Below, piece after piece: positions 1-13,492 of a stretch of DNA of 64,000 bases. The notes beneath the pieces are model-generated. The model was given only the letters and a program-made list of their open reading frames with translations. It was not told where the DNA came from and made no database searches. The DNA is from Nageia nagi (Eukaryota; Plantae; Pinophyta), in contig JBITNC010000001.1 of NCBI GenBank assembly GCA_050084985.1, forward strand, positions 9,982,001 to 10,046,000, given 5' to 3'. A program made the translations under genes and the position numbers. Positions within the stretch are counted from its first letter, which is position 1; each line of letters opens with the position of its first letter.

Positions 1-3000
1 ATTTTGATTCTTGAAATGTGTCCCATTATCTATTATAATCTTATGCAACATGCCAAATCTACAAATTATATGAGTGTCAATAAAATTGGCAATCTTAGGA
101 CCTATGGTGAAATACTTTGTCATGATGATAATGAACTTATGTCTGCCTAAAGAGGGAGGTACAAAATGTCCTATGACATCAAATCTCCATTGTACAAAAG
201 GCCATAAAGACTTAATGGGGTTAAGTGCTTGAGAAATTAAAATGTTGCTAAGACTTAACACACTTTTTGATATATTCTTGACAATCTCATTCTATGGTAG
301 GCAAATAATATCCCATCCTAAGAATACATTTGGTAATGGTAATTCCATTAAAGTGCCCACCACATATACCATCATGATAAGTTTGCATAGAAATAGCCTG
401 GTCAAAGAGCTCTAAACAATGTAAAAGGAATACATCATATGACTGCTTATAAACAACATCTCCTGATATAGCATAAGAATATGTATTTTGCTTAAATGTT
501 TGTTTCTCACTAGCCGATAAGTTAGGAGGTATGGCATTCCACTTTAAATACTCATGTAATTATTTATACCATAAGTAATGTGGCTCGATAGTGATCTCAT
601 TGATTAATACTAAAGATAAACCCTAAGGTAATGGTGAATTAAGAGTAGATTCTTTCAAGGTCACTATCTCCACATGTTAAATGTACCTATGAGGATTAGT
701 AGGGATAAATGACCCTAAGGATGCCATAGTGTCCGTAAATCGATTAGATGATCTAAGGGTAGTCTCAATCTTGTAATATTTAAACCACTTTAGTAACTTC
801 AATGCCACATCTCTATAATTATTCAAAATCTCATTATGAAATTGATAAGTGCCCAATATCTAATTGAAAATCAACTAAGAGTCTCCATAAATAAGCAATC
901 ACTCAAGTTTTAGCTCTAGGGTTGTCTTAATATCCAAGATAAATGCCTCATACTCTACATTGTTGTTAGTACATGAGAAATCTATATTAAAGGAATATAG
1001 GATGGGGATGCCCTAGGGAGTGAAGAAAATAACTTTGACCCCTCCCCCTTGTTCACACTTCAACCTGTAAAAGTACATAGTCATATCATAGTCTTCTTGA
1101 GTGTCCACTACCTCTTCGATATCGTTAATCTTTAAAATATCCTCATCAGGGAGGGTGATCTCAAGAGGGGTAATATCCTAAATAGGTGCCTCTACTAACT
1201 AATCTACTATAACTTGATCCTTAATGGACTTCTAATTGATAAAAATTATATTAAAATATAATAAGAACATGATCCACTTAGTAGTGCACATATTATGATA
1301 CACCTTACTCATCATATATTTTAGTGGATAAACCTTAGAGATCACATAAGTAGTTTGACTAAGCATATAGTGTCTCACTTTCTTAGCAGCAAAGAAAAGC
1401 ATGAGATAGACTTTCTCAATGTAAACATACCTAATCTCATAATCAATAAGTGTATGGCTAAGGTAGTAGATATCTTGCTCCTTTTCTTGGTCATTATTTT
1501 GTGCTAGCATGACTCCTAGTGCAAAATTAGTAGCAAATAGGTATAGGTGAAAGGGGGCATTATCCTTAGGAGGAATAAGAACTAGAGGATTGAGTAAGTA
1601 TTGCTTGATATCATCAAAAACTTTTTGACAACCTTCATTCCAATCAAGTTTTACCCCCTTTTTAGGGAGCTCATTAAATGGTCAAAATTTGTTAGATCAC
1701 TGAGCTATAAACCTTCGAATACCCTAAAGACTTCTTAAAGTTTTAATGTGATGTGGTTAAGGCATACTACTATTAGCAGTCACTTTTGTAGGGTCAACTT
1801 CTATACCTCTTTTGGAAATAATAAATCCTAGTAACTTGTATGATGTGATCCCTAAAATACATTTCCAAATATTCAATCTAGCATTATTCTTGAGTAACCT
1901 CTAAAAGACACTCTCTAATACTTCCCAATGTTCTTCTCTTATCATAGATTTATCTAACAATTCATACACATAGTCCTCCATAATGTCATGCATCATGTTA
2001 TGGAAGACATAATTCATGGCTCACTGATAGTTAGCACCAATATTCTTAAGTATGAAGGGCATGAATTTGTAATAGTAAGTCCCCAAGGGTGTGGTAAATG
2101 TGATCTTATGTTGATCTTGAGGGGTGATCCAAATTTTTTTATAGCCTAAAAAACCATCCATAAGAGAGAGCATCTCATATCTTGTCATATTTTCAACTAG
2201 AGTGTCTATGTTAGGCAATGGAAAGTCATCTTTGGGACAAGTTGCATTAAGATCTTGAAAGTATATGCAAAAGCTAATATGATTTTTAGGCTTATTGAAG
2301 AGGACCATGGTAGACATCCATTGAGGATAATCAATAGAATCGATGAACTTCATGTCTAACAATTTCTAAATCTCCTCTTTAATCTAAAGCAACTTTGTAG
2401 GATTGAACCTCCTAAGTTTTAGCTTGATAGGCTTAGCATCTGGGTCGGTGATAATATTATGCACTACAACATTAGGATCCATACCTAACATGTCCTTATA
2501 ATTGTAAGTGAATACTTTAGCATACTTATTCAATATCTCTATGGCTTTTGATCTTTCTAATTCATATAAGACATCCCCATGTAGACTATCTTTGGGTTCA
2601 TGGGATCATCATTGATATTTATCTTGACATATTCCCTATGTACATGTGGGATCAATTATCTAACTACTTGAATATGGGAAGGTATGCATAATCATATTCA
2701 TCCAAACTATTGATGAAAGAAGTCAAGTTTGACAATTCAACTCATCAAAGTAATCAAAAAAAAGGATGCATCACCCAACATAAGAGAAAGACCTAAAAAA
2801 GGAGAAGAGCAATTTGTGGATAAATGACTAATAGCATTGTGTGAGTTGCATTATAAAATAGGAAAAAAAGGTGATGGAACATCAATAAAAATCATCAAAA
2901 CATCTAAGGCAAGGTCACATGAAGGCTCATTGAAGAAATCATTTGGGATGTAACACTTAGAAGCATGAGGACTAGATAGACCAAAACATAAATGGATTTC

Positions 3001-6000
3001 ATGCTCATCATCATGTGTCATTCCTCTTATGGAAGATTAAGATCAACAAATTATTCTTATATAGGTTTAAGCTTAAGGCCATAATACCCTATATTGTGTT
3101 TATCTTGATCTGATTGAAATGGAATAGAAAAAGCATGAACTTATCCCTGCTAATATTTTCCTAGGTCGTATCCTTGCCATTTCCATTTAGCAAAGAGTTT
3201 ACACATGAGTTGAGGTACGAAAGATATTCTATTTTGGCACAAAATTTCTCCTTGATTCAATGTTCAAGGGGAATATCCTAGGGTGAGTACACACTCACAT
3301 AAACAAAGAAAGATTGGTTAGGATGCAAGCCTAGTGGGATGAGAGAGACAAGAGCAAGTGGGGATTCCAAAGGTCTCCCCAAGTCTTTTACAGAGGGAAT
3401 ATGAAAAAGCACATCATTTATATGATACACTCCCTTTCTAATATATTCATACTTGGGGAAATTATACAATGGTGACATAATAAGGTTAACATGATGTTGG
3501 TCAAGAGGATCAAGACCAATGGAAGATCAAGAGGGCTCATATTTATACAATGAATTAGATACCAAACACTATGAAGAAAAATGGAACTTACCAGGTGGAG
3601 CCACTCAATGATAGGATGATCAATCATTTCCATGGATAGGCACAAAAAAGGTATAATAACTGGAAAAAGAAAATATAGAATCCTCAAGTGACTTACCCTC
3701 ATGATGTATAAAGGGATCCATGCTTGAGGGAGATGAAGAGGATGGTTGCAAATAAGAAGTATATTAAACATATCATAAAATCAAGGATAAAGGTTCTTAT
3801 GAATGTGACAACATAAGATTAGGATGATCTTTCACAAGAATGATGATAGGAAAAAGATGCCCACATGGCATCTGAGGGAACTCGAGAGAGAAATTGAAGT
3901 TGCAATGACTAAAGGGGTTTGCATCACTTATAATATAATGGACCATTTTTTTATGTATATACTTAAAACATATATGCAAATTAGATATAAATTCCTCCAT
4001 GTATTCTATCCATGGTCAACCTAAGAGTAAGTTATATTGCCTCTAAGCTTTGACCACATGACAAGTTACTACAATTTCTCTGACTCCAAATTTAACTAGA
4101 AGAATAATTATGCCCATGGTTGTAGCCAAAGTGTTATTAAAGGACCTAATGGTAAGAGTAGGAGCATTCAAAAACTTGATAGGAACCTTAAGTCTCTCAA
4201 ATTCTACTAAATATATGACATTAATTGCATACCCATTATCTACCAAGACTCTCTTTGATGGATGAGAATCCATGAAAGCAACAATGTACAAAGTTGGGTA
4301 CTTTGGTTTATCAAAAGGGGAATGCTAAATTTTGTCTTGAAAGAAAGTAAGGTTGGGTATAGTATCACTCTAAACAACCCCTACAAAGTCTTCAAAGAAT
4401 TAGGGTTTTTTTCTCTAACTTAATGGCCTTTAAGATATTGTTCAAAGCATTCCTTTGTATGGGGAATTGTTGCAATAAGTACCATAGGGATAGCTTTGTT
4501 TGAGTAATATTGAGTTGTATGTATGGTCATTGGTGCTCTAATATATTAAGTCTAAATTTGGACCCTAAGTTGAGGTAAAGGTTATCATATTCTCACTTAC
4601 CTAGGGGGAGGAGGAGGTGCTCGATCATTACATCTATCTATTCTAGTTATCACCCTAATAATATTATTATTATGAACCTCTACAATTTGATATATTGGTG
4701 GTGGATCCATGACACCCATAAACTCATAGTCAAGGGTTATATCAATACCTCTTATAAAGGGAAAATGTGAATCTATATCACTAAAACCTATGAAATCATT
4801 ATTATGTATAGGATTGTAGTCATGGATAACTTGTTGCATCACTTCTAAAGAAATTTGATTGACATTATTAATGTGCCTAGGAAAGGGATCCTAAAATACA
4901 CCCAAATTTCTATTAGGTTGGTCCATTGGATTTTTAGTATATACTTTTCCATTTTCTATTAGCCTCTGAATGATGTTCCTTGACTGATTACATTTATTTG
5001 TATCGTGTCCCTTCTATCTTTGATAAATGCAATACTCATTATCTTTATACCAGGTTGGTTTCTCCCAATTTGGATCTTCAAGTTTAACTTTAAGGAAATT
5101 GATCAATTATGCATCTAATAATTTCTTTAAAACATGCTTGATAGGCTTAACTAAAGGTGTTTAAGGCTTACATGGCCCTAGCTATCGAGGTTGCCTAGGT
5201 CTATAAGTATCCTACTAATTATTTTGGTTGGTATTTTGCCTAGGACTTTCTTATTCTTATGGCTGCAAAGGTGTATTGGCCTTGGATGGCTATGGAGGAG
5301 CCAATTGAATTATTGGTTATATCTGAGGGACCTCATGAGATACTTGATTACTTTATGGGTTTTTATACAAAGTACTAGGATTATTTCCATTATTGCGATA
5401 CTTCATATTGTTGTTCTCTTTCTTTCTAGGTTTAATCTCATCGTATTGAACTTCGATCTCTTCTATTAGCTTAGCTTGAGATAATGCCTCCTTAAAGGTG
5501 CAATGTTGTTGAATTCTAATGTTAGAAGAGATATGTTTATTATAGCTTCTAGAGAATTATTTGACCAATTGTTCTTCTAGAATAGTATAGAGCATATATG
5601 TGAAAATGGATCTCCATCTACATATATAATATGAAATGGACTTATCCTCAAACTATGAAAGTTTTCCCAAGTTTGTAATGGATGTATGTTGATGGAAAAA
5701 TGATCAAGAAACTTGTTATATAATTGTTCAAAGGAATAAATGCTATGTTGCAAGAGATTATTATACCAATCCAAATCTTGGATCGCAAGTTTCATGGGTA
5801 AGGTCCTAAGCATGAGTATGTCATCATTACTAATGATGTAACATGAGTACTTAAACTATATGAGGTGCACTCTACAATATTCCTTTCCTATGAATTTGTC
5901 TATTTTTGGTATCTCAAATTTATAAGGAAAGATTTTCATTTGTACACTTGGGTTAATAGGCTCATTACAAATAGAAGTGTATGACAACTTGGCCTTTCCC

Positions 6001-9000
6001 AGCTCATTAACTCTAAGTTCCATGTCTTCCAACCTCTTCAATATCTCATCATTTATAGTGATATGTTGGGTACTAACCATATCCTATTATTTCAAAACTA
6101 TATTGATAGGATGATCATCATACTGGTCATAATGATCATATTGATCATCATAATATGGATCTTGATCTTATCTATATGAATTTTCATAAGGTCATGTATC
6201 CAATCTTACCTTAGGTCCAAGGTTTGGAGGGTTTCAATATGAAACCCTTCTAGTATGTGAATGTTGCAACTCATGATAGCTCAAAAATTGATATGGCCCA
6301 TGCGAAAAGGCTTGGGCATAATGAGAAAATTCATTGTATTCAGGATCATGATGGGGTATGTAGAATATAGGAAAGGTATATGCATGATAAGGATCTATAA
6401 ATTGGTGTGTGTATACCTTATAGGAAGGCACCACCACATGAGAAGAAGAAGAATAATATGGTTGTGGTGGTGGATGGATCAGGCATGAATAAGACCCATG
6501 CCCTAATTGAACTCTAGGTGGTATAATAGGCTACAAATGAGACATGGGAATACGAGGTATGGTAGGAAAAATAGGATGAGAAATAACATTATGAAAAGGC
6601 TTAGGATCATGTATAGGATGAGACACATGTTGACTCTTAGGTTAGTACATAAGATGTGTATCATCATAGTAATATCCAACCCATTTGCTAGGGGGAGATG
6701 GAGGAGTCCTATTAAAGGTAAGAACATGCAGCTCAAGACTAACAAGACACATAGGTGGAGGTCTATTTGGTCCACTTGGAGGACTTGAGGGACCATATGA
6801 AGACCTAAACACACCTAGTCTAGGATGAGAAGAGGGTTGATCATGAGATGCATCAACATAAGGAGGTTTCTTAGGAAGTAATAAGGTCTCCTCATAATAC
6901 AACCTCTCATGAGGCTTATGAATTATGTATTATGTGGTTGGGTGGAAAGGATGTGACCTGGTAATGGAAGATATGGAGGCATCCTTTATATGATCATTTG
7001 ATGTCTCTCCATCATACAAATGAACCCTAGGATAGGTGGCCTCGATAATAGGAGGTAACTAGGGTGAAGGTTCCTTATTAGGAGCATCTAAAGGATGACA
7101 TTAAGCTTTGTGAAACTCTCTATACATGTTATAAACCATAGGATCACTCATAAACATCTCACATGGGGATATATATGACTTGCTAGGATAAATAGAAAGG
7201 TGGGCAAAGCTATGTCTAGGATGAGGCATATGGTTGTCAAACTCATGATGAGACAAATGGGGAGGTTCAACCTATGAAGGATCTACATGAGGTTGCATTG
7301 TAGGTATCTCTAAGGAGGAATGGCCCTTTAACCTAGATAAGCTATCCCTATGGATAATGACATGATTTTGCCCTTCCTATCAAGGGGTGGTCATAAGGAC
7401 ATAAAACCTCTCTAAAGTTTGACTAAAATTGAGATGAGGTGATGCCTATGCATGCTCATGCAGGGGTGAGTGATGGGGTGTACATGACCTACTATGAGAT
7501 ACACAGAAGGATGGAAGAGAATTTGATTAATTTTCTTAGATATTGCATTCTTCTTCTTCTAACTCTCTAGCTCTACACTAACCTCTAGTTTTGACCATAT
7601 GATAATATTGAGTATTTTCATCCTTGGAGGGTATATGAGACATGATGACAAAGGTGGGATAAAAGGGTCAAACAAGAACTTCAAACATAATATAAAGTGT
7701 ACTAATATGAAAATGAAATAATGCCAAAGTAGTAAACCATCCAAAAAGGAGCCTAGAATTTGTTAAAGATCTTATTTAATGTAGATGCAATTAACATCAC
7801 ACAATCTAAATGATCACTTCAAAGATAAGTCTAAATGGTAATAACCAATAGTGATAGATAGCAATGTTTATTATCTTGTTTATTTGCTTCTTATTCAATT
7901 TGAGGTGTCATATTTTTAATGAGAAATGTTAAATTCAATTGCAAGTTATGACTCTTTTTAGTTTTCCTATGGGGGTGAATCATTTCACAATGGTATCTCA
8001 AGTACCCCTATTGACACTCATCATCAATAGGGGGGTTCCCACCTTGGTGATGAAATCCAAGTATGGATTAGGCCATGGTAATGAAATCCATGTGCCCTAG
8101 TCACTCCCTAGGCTTGTGATGGACTTTAGTATAATAAGCAAATATGAAATGCAATCCTAGGATGAGGTGCAATGAAATTACACCTTCAAAATGATTATTT
8201 TTTTAAAATAAAGTCAAGGCACTCCCACCCAAGTATACTAAATCAATAAAAAAAATTTCCTTTCCTTTTCAAATGGAAATAATGCAAAGATAGTAATTAT
8301 TCTTATACACTAAGAAATCAACAAAGAGTCCCCAAAATAGCAATAAAACACTTGTTCAAGTTATAAATTTTAAAAACCAAAGAAAATTTCAAAGTGTATG
8401 CACCAATCACCCCAATATGCAATGCAAATTTCACTAAAGAGAGATGAAAATCCTATACACAATGAGAAAACAAACAGTATGGACCAAGTACATAGAGAAA
8501 TTCAAATACTTACCTAACCCTAGAATGTTCCTTCCTGCTCATCGTTGGATGGCTAAATGATGATTACAAAGCTTTGCCACAGAATCATCCACTATAGGGA
8601 TGATTGTGGGAATAGTTTCAATCATTTAGGCAATCAAAAGTCATCCAAATGACCATAATTCACTCAAATATAAAATATAAAGTTGAAAATTAACCTACAA
8701 CAAAACCTTGTGACAAGGGTAAAAATATGCATCCTATGACAAGGACACCTAGATTTTTATAAACAAACCTAATAGTGGACTGTTTCCCTACTATAGATGT
8801 GATCTAATGCAAGAATATAAAAAAAAATATTACTAAAAATAGATCCATAATAAAAATTGTTTGATAATATGGTGATTACAAAATTATCCAAACGACCTTA
8901 AGGTCATCCCATAGGAAGGTGATTTACAGTTATCACTGGTTTGTAGATAAAGATTTGCTCTATAGTGATAGTGGACCTTTGATATTTTTAGGTATAGTTA

Positions 9001-9148
9001 TATCCCTTTCTAGTAAGGTATCCTACAAGTTTCATTGAAAATAGTTTTAGGAACACTCTAAAATGTAAGAAATGTCCACAAGCTGAAACACCAAAAATAA
9101 GGTAAAGGTTTAGAAAATCCTCTCTTGTATTGGGTTCTAGTACAGCAA

Positions 9149-9167
9149 GGTCCCACCATGATTGCCA
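9149..9167 (-). promoter_or_regulatory. Primer binding site (tRNA-Arg-like, CpG-decayed)
   Basis: Minus strand TGGCAATCATGGTGGGACC, 2 nt from the LTR end. Resembles Tat/Ogre PBS; tRNA identity is inferred. Confidence 0.6.
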
Positions 9168-9169
9168 TT

Positions 9170-10343
9170 TGTGAATGGATCAAAATCCTTGCACCTAAAT
9201 CACTCATAACATTTATAAGCAACTCTAAGAATCTTGATACATTCCACCTAAATTTCCTATGATATGTATTAATAAGATTTGTAAGATAGGGTTTAGGGAT
9301 TATCCTTTATTTTACAATGATGCAATATGATGTCTATACCTGAAAGGAAAACATAAACATTAATGTATAGTTGAAATAATAAGACCTTTAGACCTTATGA
9401 TTATCCAAGTGAGGTGAAATCCCAACTAAAAGGGTTGTAAGTCTCTTATCCACAATCAAGAGGATAGTAGAAAAGATCACAATGCCTATGTTGTAAGTAT
9501 GATTTAGACACATAAACTAGAGACAAATGCTTATACAAGATAATTAGACAATGCTAAATTAAAATTGTATGAACAATATTTGAAAAAGATTGACAAAGAA
9601 TATGTATGTTTAAATATCTATTCAAATGATAAAATATGACAATAATGATAATGAATTTAATGCTAGAAATAATAGATCTAAATGCTAAGATTCTAATCAA
9701 ACAACAAAGATATTTAAAACCCTAGGGTTTGGACCTTAAATATCAAACCCTAGTTTGAAACCCTAAATATGAAATTAGCCTAAATATGCCTATATGACAC
9801 ATAATTATAACTCTATAATTTAATCCAAGATACAAGTATTCAATTTAAAGTGATTAATGCTTCAAATTTGCAAATACCCATGAAATTTACCATTAATAAC
9901 ATAAGCAAAATCAAATGACCAAAAGATACCTCAATCCATGTAGCATGGAGAAGTGTTCCCAAGGTGTGAAGATGTGAACTCAAGACTTGATGTGGTCCAT
10001 TATAAATTGATGTCACGGGTACAAATGCATGTAGTAAATTGTAAAAGCCACATAGCTCATGCAAAGTACATAAATGCAAGAAGAGTCTTGAAATGTGAGA
10101 CCATATTACCTTTTATAAAACTCAAATAAGATTGTCCAAATGACTATGTAACCTATAAGATCATTCAAGTGACTAGAAATAATGTGTTAGAAAATAAATT
10201 AAATACCAAAATAGTGTTGATCAATCTGTTGAAGGCTTTGCAAATACATGTTAGCTAAACATGATAGTATAATGCATGATAAATGCCATAAATATTAGTA
10301 TAACCCTATCAAAAACACAAAATGCATTTTTAGGGTGTTTACA
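9170..10343 (-). repeat. 5' LTR of the Ogre/Retand-type element (~1.17 kb)
   Basis: On the minus strand it begins TGTAAACACCCTA (10343) and ends ..CCATTCACA (9170), directly followed by a PBS. The partner LTR is outside the window. Confidence 0.7.
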
Positions 10344-10468
10344 CTAGTATTAAGCATAGTCAGATCATGTACAAGTTTAATATCTTAAATAAAATCAAGG
10401 AATCTCATCAGAACTTGTTTACTATGCATAGATAAAACTTTATACACACACGTTTGACTATAGCATTA

Positions 10469-10869
10469 GGAGAAAAAAATATTGAAATAACATATAAAGA
10501 ATGAACATCTTTATAGTCTATACACATGATAGTGTAATTTCTAAAATAGATACATTAGATTATCATGATATTCCAATAGGGAATTACCTTATCTCTAGGA
10601 ATTGAAACATTGCACATCTCTTGACAAGGAAGAATGCCAAAGACTCATAAATAAGGTATTTCAAAGAAAACTCTAAAAGGCCTTATGATGTAGATGCTTC
10701 TTTTTATCTAAGTAAAATGAAACTTTTATGTCTAGCTCATACTCAAAATGGAGAGGTAGACCAAATCATAATGGGAGACTATGAAAACTTGATGCCTCAA
10801 CATCATTTATACTTACCAACACATAGATTAGAATCAAATGAGACATCATAAAGTGTGCTTATACCCACT
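10469..10869 (+). repeat. Copy 1 of a diverged ~320-400 bp direct repeat (copy 2 at 41713-42035)
   Basis: Shared blocks such as GGAGAAAA..TATTGAAA.AACA.ATAAAG, GACCAAATCATAATGGGA.ACTATG and GAATCAAATGAGACA..AAGTGTGCTT.TACCCACT; copy 1 has ~80 bp extra. Confidence 0.85.
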
Positions 10870-12969
10870 TAATCCCAAATATTGTGTCACTTCCATTGAA
10901 GGATAAGGAAACATTATAAATTTTAAATGATTTTGATAGTAACTCCACTCTATGACACTAGTGTAGCAAGAAAAAGGGATCGTAATTTTTTGTAGGGAGA
11001 AAAGTTCTCCAACCATCTCCTACATAGAGACCTTACAAGCATATGGCATATCTACCCCAAGAAACTCTTTTAAATCTTCCCTTAATAGTTTGAACTTGTA
11101 TGAGCTATATGTAGAGAATTTTAAAAATAATATATGACTCATATCGATTCCAAATTGAAGCTCGATCCCTCCTGAGGGTACTCTTAACCTCATATAATAT
11201 GAACTAGAGGAAGAAGTACATATGACTTACTACTTCATTAAATGAGTATAAAAATCATAAAACTTGTTCCCTAAATGCATTCATAGAGTCACAAGTTTAA
11301 ATAATATCATAGTGAAAAGAAAATAATATTCAATATGGTGGATAATAAGGTTACTTCAAAATGGAAACATTTTAGATTCTCTACTTGATATTTTTCCCAA
11401 GAAAATGTATTAAATTCCTTGACTAGTTCCTTCTTCAATACATACATATACATATAGACAAAATATAAAGCATATTAAAATGCTTTTACTCATTTTTTTC
11501 AAATAAACAATGGTATAAAATAAATATAATATCATTCATCAAATAGATTAAAATATAATATAAGAAATAAAGGCTAAAATTGGAAATAGCACCTATATTC
11601 AAATCAAAGTTGGAAAATTATGGAGAAATGAGATCCTTTCTTGATGGGATTCAAGACCAATTTTGAAATATGAAAGCTGTGTGTTTTCTTCAAAGTCTCT
11701 AAGGTATTTATGAGGAAAAATTGACATAATACTTCAAATAAATTACTATTGATCCACCTCATCCTTCTTTCTTGTGGGAGACATGAGAACTTTAATTTTA
11801 TGGTGGAATTTATTCAAGTTTTATTTGTAAGCCTCAAAGCTTAAATAGTTCTTCAATTATTTCATGTACCTCATACAAAATTCCAAGATATATGGGGAGG
11901 GAGGAATATTTAGATTATAGATTAGATTAATAATTCTTTTCCACCTCATCCCTAGATAAAATATTTTTCACCCATCTTAAAATTATTCCAAGTAGAAATA
12001 AAACACCTTAATAAAAAATCAAATATAGGTATCTAAAATATTTCATTACAATATTATATACAATTAAATTAATTCCCTATATAAATTAAAATGCATAATA
12101 AATATTTTTGCACACAGTTTTACCTATGTAGACTACCCATCCTGCAAGGTAATTTTAATTAGTGTACACACAAACATCATAAGGGGTAGACTTCAAGCAC
12201 ACCAATCATGAAATACAACTATATGATTTATGGTAACCCCCATGGGTTGTCAACAATTTAATGATTAATCATTTCCTCACTCTTACCGATTTGTTCCTAT
12301 AACCAACCTATATTTGGTTAACTTGGATCTTTAATCTAACTCCCATTTTTATTCAACCTATAACCTATGTCAAAACAACCTTGAAGCTAGCATCAAATCA
12401 ATACAAATATCAAACATATCCATTTGTAATCCATCTGATCACATAATTTATCTCAAATTCAATTCAAATTCCTCAAAGGTATTTAGGTCATAGCAAGTGT
12501 AATTGGGTGCATCGTTACATACTGCCCTCCTTAAAAGAAACACAGTCCCTTATGTTTTTAAACAATACAAATAAGGTGTAATAATATTCACATAATCATT
12601 TAGACAAATAAGAAAATTTTCTTTTCATGATAGATGTATCTTCCCAAGTGAAAGAAGACTCAGGATACTTGTCCCATTGTACTAGACATTCATTTATCTC
12701 CCTACTCCTCAATTCCTTAGTCATAAAAGATAGGATTTTAATAGGGAAAACTTTAATAACCTAAGGCTCCAACATCTGAAAGTTAGAAAAATCCAACACA
12801 TGAGAAGCGTTAGCAACATATTTTCTTAATATGGATACATGAAAGACATCATGCACCTTTGATAACTTAGTGACAAGGCAAGTTTATAAGTAATTGGATT
12901 TTTCTTTTCAACTATCTCAAAGGGACCAACAAATTGGGGATCCAATTTGGTAAACTTTATGGCACTTTT

Positions 12970-13492
12970 TGAGAGAAATAATGGAGCTTACTGTCCATGG
13001 TTTATTGATGTCAATATATAGCCTTGGGTTCTCAACAACCGAATCCAAAAGGTTTACAAACTTACAAACAAGAAGTTAGAGAATTTACTATTCTCAACAA
13101 CTTTACAGATCATAGCCATCTCAGTCCAGGAGAAGTAGCTAAACATGAGATAACAATACTCCAAACAAAGCTTAAAACATGCCTAATACGATAACAAACA
13201 AACCCCTAAAATATGAAGACAAAACAAATAGTAACAAGAAAGTTGTTACAAAAATAAACTCATTCTGCCTGCACACTGTCGTTTTCTCTACACAGCGATC
13301 GACAGCGATCTTATAGGATCATCGACGATCGGTGGAAATTGGTGACGATCGTAATCGGTGGCGATCGGTGGCAATCGGTGGTGATCGGTGGCAATCGATG
13401 GCGATCGATGGTGATCAGTGGCGATCTCTGTCATAGGTGGATTTATTCCAGAACATTGCAAAAACACATATTATGGAGTCAAAGCTCCAACA
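12970..13492 (-). repeat. 3' LTR of Copia A
   Basis: TGAGAGAAAT...GCTCCAACA on the + strand; adjacent to the PPT; matches 17756-18282. Confidence 0.97.

Larger units (their letters stand above)
1..10343 (-). mobile_element. Degenerate Ty3/Gypsy LTR retrotransposon, Tat group (Ogre/Retand-type order PR-RT-RH-aRH-INT); 3' part runs off the window
   Basis: Minus-strand remnants: gag (KFEIPKIDKF..G, 5577-6080), protease (RVLVDNGYAINVI, 4043-4291), RT (CPKDDFPLPNIDTLV..LSLMDGFLGY, 2021-2362), RNase H (1232-1510), additional RNase H (FSCTNNNVEYEA..IYGDS, ~780-1085), integrase start (<600). PBS and TG..CA LTR lie upstream. Confidence 0.9.

Noticed and set aside
13293-13428. Repeat array as CRISPR, or as a coding repeat (ORFs 13339-13524, 17999-18226)
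   Set aside because: No spacers or cas genes and the context is eukaryotic. The ORFs are by-products of a stop-free LTR minisatellite.
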